Part shown: positions 1 to 12,490 of the stretch, in pieces | How positions within the stretch are numbered: position 1 is the first letter of the stretch | Layout: each line of letters opens with the position of its first letter | Assembly (NCBI GenBank): GCA_000320545.1 | Contig: ADNK01001890.1 | Coordinates: 62,001 to 126,000, forward strand | Length of the DNA: 64,000 bases | From: Bigelowiella natans CCMP2755 | Lineage: Eukaryota; Protista; Cercozoa | Reading direction: 5' to 3' | Position numbers and translations under genes: made by a program | The notes under the pieces: generated by a model | The model's database searches: none | Told to the model about the DNA's origin: nothing | The model's input: the letters and a program-made list of their open reading frames with translations, nothing else

Positions 1-59
1 ACATACATACACACACGCGACAACGACGACGATCAGTAATGATGATGATCATGATGATG

Positions 60-245
60 GTTGATGATGATGTAATTGGGCATTTGTTGTACCACATGTT
101 TTTATTTTCAATTTATTTTCAGAAATTTTACGGTTCATTTACATTTTTGATTATTTGGTTTGGAATATAGTTGTGGCGTGGTAATAATAGTACCGCTGGA
201 ACAAATAGCACTTCTCCTGGATGGAGAATCAACTCGGTAAAAGTG

Positions 246-277
<32 letters not shown>

Positions 278-454
278 ACTGCTGCTGGAATATTTTAATA
301 ATCGTGACTTTATTAGTTTGAATTGCTGAGGATCTCGAGGTGAAAGACGAAAAGTGGGATCCAGAGTTGTTGACAGCCATTCTGGATCCAACTCATGTGT
401 GTCTTCTTCCCGGAAGAATATCCATTTCTTTCGGCCCTTTGATTGTTGTTGTTT

Positions 455-491
<37 letters not shown>

Positions 492-666
492 CAGTAGGAT
501 GAGCAGTAGAAAGTGGAGGAAGAGAAAGGAATGAACGACTTAATGAATTGCTGATAGGATATCTAACTAAATATGATGATATCATCAGGAGGGCACATCT
601 GCCTTTCTCCTCCTCTTCCTCCTCCTCCATGCCACTGTTGGTGGTACTACTAGTTGTATTTTAAAA

Positions 667-700
<34 letters not shown>

Positions 701-735
701 GTGCAAGTTATGAATAACATGTGTAAATGGTAGTG

Positions 736-766
<31 letters not shown>

Positions 767-1779
767 AAGAAGTAGCAGTAGTAGTATCACGATTACCACC
801 ATCAGTTGTTATCTATCACCACATTCATACTGATGTTCAGTGTCATGACGAGATGATGATGATGATGATGATGATGGTTATAATATACTACTTGCATGAG
901 GCCCATCCAAAAGTTAGACTGAAATGCATCGATGTGAAGATCACTGGTGATGATAGTGGATTAATGGCAATGAAGTGAGTTCAAAAGCAGCAAACAGCAG
1001 CAACAATACTGAATCTAACCCTCCCTCCTCTAATGAGCTGCACTAGTACTGAGAGGAAGGGAACAAACGATTGATTTCCATCATCAGCAACAACTGCAGC
1101 AGCAGCACCTGTAGGTCCCTTTTGCTCCAACAAACAACGATGGCCATGTATCTTTGTACATAGATCCTGCTGGCATGTGCTGCAAGTAGTCCTGATCATC
1201 ACCATCAGAGGATAAAAATGATAAAGAGAATTACAATACTACTAATAATGAATAGGGGCTACAAATAGTAATACCAATAATTAATACCAACAATATAACT
1301 GTCTTCTTCCTCCTCCTCCATCTTCTCCATATGACGTCATCAGCAGACTTGTACATTAAACAATACTCCTCACAACTCTTTATGATCTATCTAACACTCT
1401 ACTAGATTGATGCTATTAAACCATCATCATCATCATCATCATTCTCATCTATCTAACACTCTACTAGATTGCTGCTATTAAACCATCATCATCATCATCA
1501 TTCTCATTATCATAGTAAATTCCCCCACAAACATACATACATACATACATACATACATACCCCAGAAAAGTATTTAGGTATTCCAATGATCTCTTCTAAA
1601 AGCTCAGGACAGTGCATTTCGATGCTCCAGTCGTGGCAATAGCTATTTATTTCAAACACATCAATCAATCAATCAATCAACCAATCAATCCCGTACAGAG
1701 AATTGCATCATAATAAGTATATTGTCGTTGTTATTGTCAATTGAACAACAGAATTTAATAAGAATAATGCTTCTGCGTC

Positions 1780-1816
<37 letters not shown>

Positions 1817-3067
1817 CTCTTTTTCAATGCAGCATCACCGTTCTGAATACCATCAATAAAATCTGCAAAAGTCTAAACACCACAAGGCAAAGAATAATGG
1901 GGAGGAAGAATAATAATTGAGCGCCCCTTTCTCCACAAATTGTAGTGTACATTTGACTTACTTACATCCAGCAGTATTAAAGGCAGCAACCATCACGTCA
2001 TTTCATTGAGTCGTTCAGTGACACAAAGGAAAGAATGGATTGATGATGATGATGATGCTTATGATGTGTAGGTCCTCATTTACTGTGCATGATGACTCTT
2101 CCAGTTGTGCCCAATTCGGAGAACCCTCCACACTATGTTTCAAAGATACCTATCCAATTGCCAATCGATGATAATAATCACACTAATCAACTCTCCATAT
2201 CTCTTCTTCTTTCTCCTTTTCTTCTTAATCAGAAGTTGTTAGCCATATTATCATCATCATTATCATCGTGCCGTGAACAACAGCAGCAACACTACCATTT
2301 TATGGCCAATTTTTGAACGGAGGAAATCCATGGTCCAGAGGCTGGAGGAAGAGGAGGAGGATGGACGACGCAAACAGTGCTCCAAAAGTCCACTAATCAC
2401 TACTGGTTTTGACTTGCTGGCATATTTCGATATAAAGGCCTCATAAGAAAGCTCTTTTGCGTTGACCCTGTCCACAACAGCAGATGTTTTACTCTCAGGG
2501 CCACTGCGACAGTGTTCCATGCTGCTGCTACTACTACTACTACTGCTCTCTTTTCTGCTACTGCTGTTCTGTTGTTGTTGCTGCTGCTGCTGCTGCTGTT
2601 TTCCCATTTGACTCTGTTCAAATTTGTCCAACGCTACAACTTGACGAAGGGCTTGCTCACAACGCACATGCCACAACGCATGCTTGCGTTCTTGGTCAAA
2701 AGCTGCAGCCCTAAGCAATAATAACGTGAAAAATCACCAACGAGTAGTACATTTAGGTACCACCACCACCACCACCACCATCCCATCTCTGCTTCTTGCT
2801 ATACCAATAAATGTTCCATCTATCCAACTGCCGGATTGATTGATTTACTACCTTTTCCAGTAAGAAAGAGCTTCTCGGAATTTCCCCTGTAGGTGTAGTG
2901 CGGAAGCCAACATCGCGGAGTACATAGCCCTATTTTGCGGATTCATATCGGTTTGGATTGCTGATTTCGCAATGGCTTCTTGCTCCGCAAGTACTGTTTC
3001 TCCGAACTGATGGATGGCAGATTAAAATCAATATGATTCGTTTACAAGAGACGGTAGTTTGGTGGGC

Positions 3068-3113
<46 letters not shown>

Positions 3114-3545
3114 TCACACCTACCGAGGTTTTTGCAAGTCTATGGAGAAGAGCGTGAGGGTGCTGGCTACGAATGATCATCCCCGATGATGAGCCTCCAC
3201 TAATGTCCATTCGTAGTCATTAGCATAGTACTTGATAGACACCGTCAAAGCAAACATTCATGCCATAACAATCTTGATAATCATCATTACCTCCTTTTTG
3301 TCATCATCATCACTCTTTGCGCTTGTTCTGGATCGCGACTTCTCAGCGATCTCCACCTCCTTGCAAGTACAACAATGGAGTCCCACTCGTCTCTTTCTGG
3401 GCTTGATGGAAGAACTTTCGTGGTGGCGAATTTCGGTGCATTGAACATTTTTTGTCGAGATTCTGCCTGACATCCTTTCTCGTCATCGCTGCTATCTGCA
3501 GCGCCTATTGCGAGTAGTATCATTATTATATCCACACTATGTTCT

Positions 3546-3587
<42 letters not shown>

Positions 3588-3960
3588 GACTACTGTTTGG
3601 GATAATTGTTCAACTTACGGCAAGCTCCGTAGTCATCGTCTGAAGAGTCCTCTTCGTCTTCAAAATCATCGTCGTACGTGGATGCTCTACAGTTGGGAGA
3701 ATATGTGGTTTGTTTTTTTTAATCTCCCAGTTAACAACGTGTACAACTACTACTATTACTACTACTACTACTACCACTACTACTACTCACTGATTGAAAT
3801 GGATGCGTTGTCTCTTTGAGCCCCCAGACCATCGCCTCATCTTGTGACACACTGCTGCCCAACGATCCAATTACTTCTGCATCTGCTGCTGCTGACCCCT
3901 GCTCCAACTCTTGCACTAAATAATAGGACTGGAACTTGCCCTGAGCATATCCCGTGGGAA
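60..3960 (-). CDS. Multi-exon JmjC (cupin-like 2OG-Fe(II) oxygenase, JMJD4/6/8-like) protein with an upstream TPR-like helical segment; both ends uncertain, 3' end may run off the window
   Basis: Spliced minus-strand translation gives VVDRVNAKELSYEAFISKYASKSKPVVISG..WTMDFLRSKIG (2290-2480), WPSLFVGAKGTYS|DLHIDAFQSNFWMGL (HxD metal ligands, ~1145-895) and ELILHPGEVLFVPA (~240-195). GT-AG introns are filled with microsatellites. Confidence 0.8.
1385..1508. repeat. Tandem duplication of a ~62-bp intronic unit (atctatctaacactctactagattg..(cat)n..tctcat)
   Basis: Two adjacent near-identical copies differing by one substitution and the (CAT)n length. Confidence 0.85.
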
Positions 3961-4135
3961 GAGGAGAAGGAGGAGGAGAAGTGAGGAGAATGATGATCAT
4001 CATCAATCATCATCATCATCATCATCATAATCATCATCGCTACCAACGTTGAGATCTGTCTTTAGATAAATATTAATAGATGTTTTATCGATGAATGGAT
4101 TTACTGTTGGTGCTGTTGATCAGTAAAGATCATTA

Positions 4136-5040
4136 AAATGCCGAGCAACTGCAACAGCAAAACCTGAAAGCTGTCCTTTCTTTTTCATCCCAGAACTGCA
4201 GCAACGAGGCGCTTTGCGACTGGCCGCCTTGCGCTGCGCGCCCTGCCCTCCCTGCCGCATGTTCATCTCCATGAACCCTGCACACAACCAAAAAACGTCT
4301 CATGAGGTGTGACAATGCCCACTCTGCAGTGCAACAATGCTGTGTGCGCATGGACGACCATTGCCCAATTTTCCTGCGTCGAAGTCACACAGTTCACTCG
4401 TTGCCGACTCACACACAAAGGACAATCATTTGTGCGTGCAAGTGGAGCGCAGCCAAGCAGCTGCAATGCTTTTTCTGAAAGATGGCACCTCTGCCTGGCC
4501 ATCACCAGTGCGAATGAGCGATGAACGCCAGACGGCGCGTTGGTGAAAAGCAAGCATGTCTAGATGATGTAGGACTCAAGGCGGTGCCAAAAAAAAAGTG
4601 ACTCGTTCACCACACACCTCTAGATGTCTAGACCTTCTAACTCAATTTCATTTGCGATTTTATCAGCTTGGCGGCGCATCCACATTCGATCATTTGCACA
4701 GGTGCTGGATCGACTCGCGTGTCCAGGTCTAGAGGTCTAGAGTCTAGAGGTGCAGCTTGCACGCTAGCACGGCTAGACGGCGGCGAACGAGGCGAAAGCT
4801 AGGAAGAGCAGCCGCATGCAGGGAACGTGCGGAAATTGTTTTCCAATGTTGTCTGCTAGCTCGTTGCATGCATGCATGCATGCATGCATGGTGTTAGGTG
4901 CAGCTAGACACACAGCCGCATCAATTTGAATGAAGCATTGTCGAGACGAAAATCCCTTCGCAAAGCAACGATACTGCCATCATTGGAAAAGTGTCCACAC
5001 AGCGAGCCCTGCACAAACATGATTTTTTATTGGAACACGA
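4136..5040. other. TpA-depleted, CTAG-retaining intergenic island
   Basis: No TA at 4136-4559. Over the whole island about 11 TA lie in CTAG versus about 6 elsewhere. Contains (TGCA)n at 4865-4890. Confidence 0.85.
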
Positions 5041-5076
5041 ATGATTTTCAGTAGATATAACAGCGTTACTTTCTTT

Positions 5077-7293
5077 CTAGTTGTAATGCCTGTGAGAGAA
5101 TTTTGGGGGACATTGACCCAGTTGAACTAATAAGAATTGCTTCCAGTTTGCAAGAACACCTGAGATGAAAGAGAAGGTGTTGTCAGCAGCAAGCTCGGCG
5201 ATTTCTACTTAATTTAATTTTACATCATAGGCTTATGTTTCATGTCATACCTCCGTCGAAAGGGTTACGAAACACAAGTGGATAGGTGTGAGAATACGCA
5301 TGGAAATGGTGATACCTAACAACAACACAAAATTTCTCATGGCATTCCAAGTGCCTAGAATCTACCGATATCTCACCAAATTTGACCGATTTAAGTTAAG
5401 ATCCAGTCAAGCATTGTTTCAAAATGTGCGTGGGTCGTAAAATATTCGATATTATCGGCACAAACCGCTTCCAATTCCAAAACTCGTTTGTTGTCAGGTT
5501 ATTGGAAATTAAGTACTGGAGGAACATAGAAGCACAAACCATATGAAATCATGTTAAAGGATACCAATACGTGAGCGTGTACACAGACATATCGTGCGCA
5601 TGCTCATGTGTTTGTGGATACGAAATTATATGGCATATTTGATATTACTGTTTGAAAGCCAAGATTTGCCATCATAAACTAAGCACATCATCAGGGATTA
5701 TGAATCATATAAGCTCAATTCGACATCGAAGTTTTAGGTTACCAATGATGCAAGACTATGGAACACAAAAAGTATGCCCAAATAAGAATCCTAAAATATT
5801 GTAGAAAAATGAACAAGGTGTTGATTACTTTCGGTTGTTGTAGTTATTTACCTTATCCATTCCTTGAGATATATTTCTATATCTGAATGTCCAGAGATTT
5901 ATTTTCATTTCGACCCCTCCTCAACAACATCAGGATGGTGGTAATCATTATCATACCCCCCCATTCCAATTACTATGCAATGTAGTATGAGCAGATGACT
6001 GGCTACTGCAGAGATGATCTGATTAGTGACAGGGGGGACAATAGAAAATTTAAAACTCCAGTTACTTAGATCAGCACCGTCGTCGTCCAAAGTAATGAAT
6101 GATGAGATAATACCATGACGTAGAAGAGAAACCGGTTCCCATTTCCAACACAATTTCCTTTCATATATTAGTATAAGAACAACCTCCTCCTCCTCCTCCT
6201 CCTTCTCCTCTTTTATGTAGTAGTAGTATTAGTAATGGTGGTGAAATCATCATACGATTGATTACCCGTGAACACACAATGGTGATCCATGATGTCGACA
6301 CAAATGTTACAAACCTGGAGACAACACTAGATTAAGGGATTGTAAAAATAATTGTAAATCGTTCTTCTCACCCTGCAATGCTTCGATCTAATAGGTTTCA
6401 CCTGCAAAATGATATCGTATTTCTTTTGTAGCAAGCGGAAGTTGGACAAACAATTATTCTTACTGTGTGACATGTAGTACACATGTTGTTGTTGTCCGTG
6501 CTACTACTTTCGACATCCTTATCATCAGTCTCATCTGTTGCTGCAATTTATGTCAACATAAGGAGGATAAGTACAACTTATGAAACAAGGATAAGCAACT
6601 TCCACAAATCTGTTAATTTTTACTGCGATTGTCTCCTCCCAATGGCATGCCAGGCTGCACGAATAAGTTACCAGTCACAGGTGTAGGCTGGAAGATGAAG
6701 AAGTTTTGGTTAGTCATCTCACCTTACTCTCCACAGTTTGGTAGTAGGAGCCATGTGGATGAAAATTTCCTATAAATTAATTTTGAATGATCATATGATT
6801 CCACCATTGTTATGGTGCTAGCAAGTATGATACTTGTGGTAGTAGTAGCTGAGGTGGCTGTAATCCTCCCCGGGTCCTGTTTTCGATATTATTAGATGGT
6901 GTTTGGGCTATAACTGGGTATGGCATTTTATGATATGAAGGTACCGTGAAGACGCACAAGTTGAAAAGTGGGAAGTAAATGAAGAATAGTACTTGTACAA
7001 AAGTCGCCGTGATATTGGAAACTCTGATTGAAAAAAAAAACACTAAAGGACTGTCTCTTCGAAGAAGAAGAAAGGGTAACTTGCAATACTTATCATTGAT
7101 GAGTATCCAGTACGAGACATATGTAACGACGAACGCGATTTCACCAGCTGTAGAACACGGAATGAGGGGGTTAGTACTAATATAACAATGTGTGGTAACA
7201 ACAATGTATGTGCATACCAATAGTGAGGCCCCATCTATCAAGAATATTTGTGTCTTCGTTCAACTCATCGTCGTCGCGGGGATCTGAATTCAT
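5077..7293 (-). CDS. DHHC-type protein S-acyltransferase (palmitoyltransferase), multi-exon
   Basis: Spliced CTTCHT|VKPIRSKHCR|VCNICVDIMDHHCVFT..CVGNGNRFLF (6490-6120). C-terminal FRNPFDG|GVLANWKQFL motif ends in TAG at 5077. Hydrophobic TM exons. The start (MNSDPRDDDEL, 7293) is tentative. Confidence 0.9.
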
Positions 7294-7607
7294 TGAAACT
7301 TAAGTTTGAGATATTCCTAGCTAGTTGGCGACGATTGATGTTGAGAAGAACGGGGAAGGCTTTGCCTCCTCAAGCAAGGGTGGCTTCAGACGGGAGGAGA
7401 GCAGGAGAACTTTTACGACGGAATGGAATGAGTAAGTATAAATTCCCCTGTATTTGAATAGTACGACAAGGTTTGTTGGATAATGATGCTAGAGATGATG
7501 ATGATGGGATTGACTAGATCTAGGTTTTAGAGCATGCTGCACATCAACTTCCAGGAACATTCCTGCACACCCACTTCTCACTAACTCACTCACTCCTAAA
7601 ATAAATA

Positions 7608-9120
7608 ATGGCTTACATACCTCCATCCCTTTCACAGCTTTTGGCAGAACTTAGGATTAAAGCATCGTAATTCATCAGTATTCATTACATTTCCAGTAAG
7701 TAACTCTTCTATTTTTATGAAGTATTTCAGATGATACTCCCTCGCTTGCGGGGCTTATCTTAATGTCGCCTGATGAGAAGAAGGAAGCTCTTCAGATGTT
7801 AGGTCTGAAACGAGTCAGCCACAAATCAAAACTTCGGAAAAGAATCGAACAATTAGAAAAGGTGTGACAATTTATTCTGCACAAACTGTAAAATTCATCG
7901 ATGTTATTAGTATTCTTTGTTCAGGTTTTGTCCTCGGATTCTGAGAGAGCATTTGAGTTCTATTCAAAAATGGTTGAAACGTCGAAAGGTTTGTCACACG
8001 AGTAGTTGAATATTCCTCTGAATTTCAGTTATAATTGTTATTTGTTCTTAGGAGAAGACTTCACAGCAACATTGAAACTTTCTGAATTGTATAGAAAAGG
8101 CGAAGGTTAGCTTGTTCTCTCGCCCCCTTTTCCACTTCGAGATTTATACTATGCATGATTGTTCGTGTAGCGCGCCCGACACAATATTTGAAGTTCTCAA
8201 GATGAGTATCTTTTGTACAAAAATGAGTGTATGTGCAGTGTTATTATTATACCATTTAAAACCACTACTTGAGCATATCTTGTGGCACTACGACTGCTAT
8301 GTTAGTTTGTGCATCTCTACCCTATAAGGTACCGAAGCAGATGAAAAAAAGGCATTAGAGCTCGAAATACAAGCGAAATGCAGCCCAAAATATGGCAAGA
8401 AGATGAAAAAATATTTGATCGATGCCGTTAAGGTTTGTAAAAAATTCACTTTACGGTTGCATTAAACTTATTCTGCGTGTGCCAGGTTGACGGAGCCTAC
8501 GCTTCAACCTACAACATTCGCGTGATATTTAAGAATGAAAAAGGAGAGAAAGTTGAGGTTATCGAGAGAGGGACACAGAAACTTCCGGACGGTATTCACG
8601 TTCAAGATGTTATAGATCTCTCTGTCATGCCAATTCTGAAAAAGCTAGGATGGAAGCGAAAATTCCTATGGTATTTATTGACAAATACGAAAAGTTTGGC
8701 TTGCTCCAACTATTTTATGGCTTCAGGTGTAAACATGAGAGAATAACAGCTTCAACTCAGTTATGTGATATTGCGTATCAAGCGAAAAGTGGAGAATTAG
8801 TCTTGGACTGCACCAACGTTGACAAGATACCTGAGAAGCCTGAGCCTGAAGTTTCAGAGGTAGTTTTCATGATTACTTTGGTAACTTTGACCAATAAAGG
8901 GTTTTGTAGGAATGCATCATATGTTTCGAAGAGAATGATGGAAAACAATATCTCGATTGCATGGTAAAACCATCTAATTGCTAGTCTATCTTTCTTGTGA
9001 AACTGTATTTAACAAATGCTTAACACAATGTTCTTATAAACTCAGCACGCTTGTTGCTGTAAAGTTTGTTTTGATGCCCTGAAAAGTTGTCCAATTTGCA
9101 AGAAGAGGGCAAAAAAATAA
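7608..9120 (+). CDS. RING-HC (C3HC4, IAP-like) E3 ligase candidate with N-terminal SAM-like and SEL1-like segments and a possible ubiquitin-like fold; 5' structure uncertain
   Basis: Spliced C-terminus ECIICFEENDGKQYLDCM|HACCCKVCFDALKSCPICKK*. SAM-like LILMSPDEKKEALQMLGLKRVSHKSKLRKRIEQL. SEL1-like AFEFYSK..ATLKLSELYRKGEG|TEADEKKALE. Confidence 0.7.
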
Positions 9121-9159
9121 AGACAAAATTTGAAAATATAGTTGCCGCCATTCGGTTGT

Positions 9160-10540
9160 CTGAGCACAGTGCATGTATCATTCACCGATATGCGTGCCAG
9201 CGATACGCTGGACCTATGAAGAAAATGTGAGGTAGCTGGCTACCGCATGTACATCCCAGTAAGACTTGGCTGCTCAGCTCTTGTGATAGCTGTTGTGCAT
9301 GCACTAGTGTACGGTGCATTCGAGAACTCGGATGGCACATAATCTGATAACTGAAGGCTTCATTGCTTCCGATCCTGGTCGATTTCGATGGTTTCTCACA
9401 TGGATTTCTTGTTCACCAGCTGCAATGCGCTGCAACGTCGTTCACGACTTAGTATTTGACACATTGACTTGTCGTTAAAATTTCATTGCAGAATTGTCTT
9501 ACGTAGCCTGCTTCGTTAGTCGTACGATGCTAACAAGCAGATTCATGGCTGTATGACGATCTAGCGATGCGCGCGCGCGAAGTATGACGCACATTGGTTG
9601 TGCATATGACTTTAGCTCTAGAGGAGCTAGCTAATAACAGATCTAGAGATGGCTGGTGGGCGCAAACGATGACATCTAGACATGACGCCATGTACGCGCG
9701 TGGGTCTCATCTGTGTGGACAGTCTAGCAATGAGATGAACGTGTACATATGTCACCTAGCGATGCGCATGGCTACCTAAACTAGTCAGTAGTGAATGCAA
9801 AATGGCACTGTGTAAAAGATCGATTTTTTTGCGAGCGAGTTTCACAAGTTTGCATCTTGTTGTAATTTTTGACACAGAAGCCCGACGGTTGCGCAGCAGA
9901 CACCGCTAGACCGCTCATGCACAAGCCAATTTTGCTACACACATGATGCGATGCTAGCATGATCTAGTGATCTAGTAATGCAGCATGTGAGGCAGATGTG
10001 CAGGTCCATCTAACTACATAGCAGACTAGCTGTCACTCATGCAGATGCAACGAAAGTGACCCATTACACGTACAGCGATTACGATACATTTTTTTAGATC
10101 GCTTAGTCATTTGATATACGTAGCTCTAAATGATAAGCCTGGCTAGCTGGCCTGCACTGCTATGGTGCATCGCAATGTGGCGGCTATATACAGCGCTATT
10201 GCATGAGACTGTCCAGCTGTGTTTGTTTGGACATTCCACACATGCTCGCATTGTGCATGCTAGCATGCTGCTTCACACCTTGCTTCCAAAATTTTTTTCA
10301 GCGAAATGAGAATCGAATGCGCGCTAAGCAACATTCTAGCATATTGTAAAGCTGAAATTCGAGCATGTGTGGTGCAATTTTCGATGCATGGGTTATGACT
10401 TACGACGCTTAATCACCTTATCAAATCGTGTCCATTAGATGAGAGGCGACAGTAGCTAGCATAAGTACGATGCATGGCAATGCTTGCGAGCATGTACACA
10501 GTACGCTGTATACATGTGCACTTCGACAAGATATAAATTT
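9160..10540. other. CTAG-rich, partly TpA-depleted spacer between convergent genes
   Basis: About 18 CTAG in 9300-10460 and abundant TGCA/CATG/CACA; some non-CTAG TA remain. Confidence 0.65.
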
Positions 10541-10571
10541 GTTTCGAAGGGATAATATCTACAAATTTAGC

Positions 10572-11553
10572 CTACAGTTGCTCAACATTAGTTTCTGCAA
10601 CAGGCTCTGCCGGGATGATGTGAGCAATTTTTCGTATGCGCTTGCTCTTCTTGGCCCTGTTCACGCTACCATTTGAGAATTGGACGACACCTGTTTTTGT
10701 TGCGAAAAGGGTGTTGTCCTTTCCAACCCCGACATTTTTCCCGGGATGAACAGTAAGACCGCGTTGTCTAAAAATGATGCTTCCAGCAGGGACGACTGAT
10801 ACACATTTTCGTAGTGTTGTGGGAGATAAAGAAATGAATATGCTGAACGAAATTTCATAAGTAAACTCATAGCTATTTATGAGTTGTAAATATACATACC
10901 ATATTGTATGTATGTGCATTTCATACTGTGTCTGAGTATTTGTATTTTATATAAGTGTGTGTGCTGTGTGGCTATTGTGCATTTTATTTATCTTACAGCT
11001 AGACAAGATGGATAGATAATGTAGAGATTTAAAAGTGCCAATGCAATTTTTTCCTCCATACTTGCAGCATATGTCATGTGAGCAGCATATGTCATGTGAG
11101 CAGCATAATATAGAATAGATGTCGAGTATCTGTGCTAATGCGTGTGATAAACAGCTCTGAATATTTTGGCACCCTTTCCATGAGTAACTTTCAGGCCAAG
11201 ACGTTTCGACTGCGAATCGCGGCCATTCTCCGTAGAGCCGCTTCCTTTCTTGTGTGCCATCGCAGAAAGTCCCCGTGAAACTATTTTTGCATAAATAAGT
11301 AAAAAATATTTGTGTAAATCTGGTACTTTCCTACCTGAAGGCCCACAGGTTCTAATCACGTTGGTAGCGGCGAAGTTTCCTCGCACCACTCCTGCCCCTG
11401 TTCAAGCAATGCAATTAAGTCCTCCAGACGTGATATCTACATTTTGTTCGTACCGATTTTATTTTGGGGGACAGCGAAAGTAATAGCGAACGCTACAAGC
11501 ACAGCCACTGCAAGCAGCAGGAGAAGGGTAGGGGGGGACGTGCGGTGCGCCAT
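10572..11553 (-). CDS. rpl27: Nucleus-encoded plastid 50S ribosomal protein L27 (bL27) with bipartite signal plus transit presequence; 4 exons
   Basis: Mature part [28 protein letters not shown]|[40 protein letters not shown]. Exon 1 [29 protein letters not shown] is a hydrophobic signal, followed by an R/S/T/G-rich transit-like stretch. GT-AG introns join in frame. Confidence 0.92.
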
Positions 11554-12490
11554 AGTCAGTAGTGACGTTAGAATTTAAGGCAAACTCATACCCTACGACA
11601 AAGAAATTGGGTCACTGTTGGGTCGAAAGGGTCTGTGAAGGCAGTTCTCAGATTTGGTCAAAACCTTAGATCACGTTGATTATGTCACTAACACAACATA
11701 TTTATGGGATTTATATTAACAAATAAAGCGCATATTAAGTATTTAAATAAATGATGAGTTCCTGTGAGATGAAATAAAAGGACCGCCTACCGAATTATTA
11801 TTTGGATCATATACCGAGAAGGAAATCGCCTAAAATGTCCTTGACTTTTCCCTTTTTGGTTCTTTTTTGAAATGTGAGTTTTGAAATCGTAGAAAGTAGA
11901 TCTGGAGTCGCAAAGAGAATCAAACGCTTTGGTATCTCTCCAGCACCACACAACTCCCTACAAACGTGGTCCTACGGTCCAGTCGAAAGATACGACTTGT
12001 ATTTGGATAGACGGACCAAATTAGGTAAATATACCTTGCAACATCTAAGTTGCATACACTCCTAGATGGTAACACATGCACATTCTATAAGAGCACTGGA
12101 TCACCAAGCAAAACCAATATTTATAGATGTTCCATGGTGAACAGGACAAACAAAAAGGATGGGTTCATTCATTCTAGTTTGTTAGTCATTCTAGTCGCAT
12201 TCTTTTGACTGGATTCTTTTTGCCTATACTTGAGTAAACGTAGCAATATTTACCCGACACACACACAAGAGAAGAAAATACTTGACTCGCTACCATTGTT
12301 GTTACTGTTGTTGTGTTTTTGGATTAACAATGTTCTCTTATTCTGTATTATTCTTGGAGTCCATCCTGCCAATGTTTACAACACTTGGCGGCTGCTCTCC
12401 TGGCTAATTTCCCGCGCCGAAAGCGCTTTGGCCCCCCTCCTTCTTTTGCTATTTTAGCGGGGTACAACCACGACTACGCATTACATATAG

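Noticed and set aside
300-4050. Homopolymeric ORFs (poly-S/T/V/M/Y) here and at 46.7-49.6 kb and 60.6-63.4 kb
   Set aside because: Translations of intronic trinucleotide and dinucleotide microsatellites.
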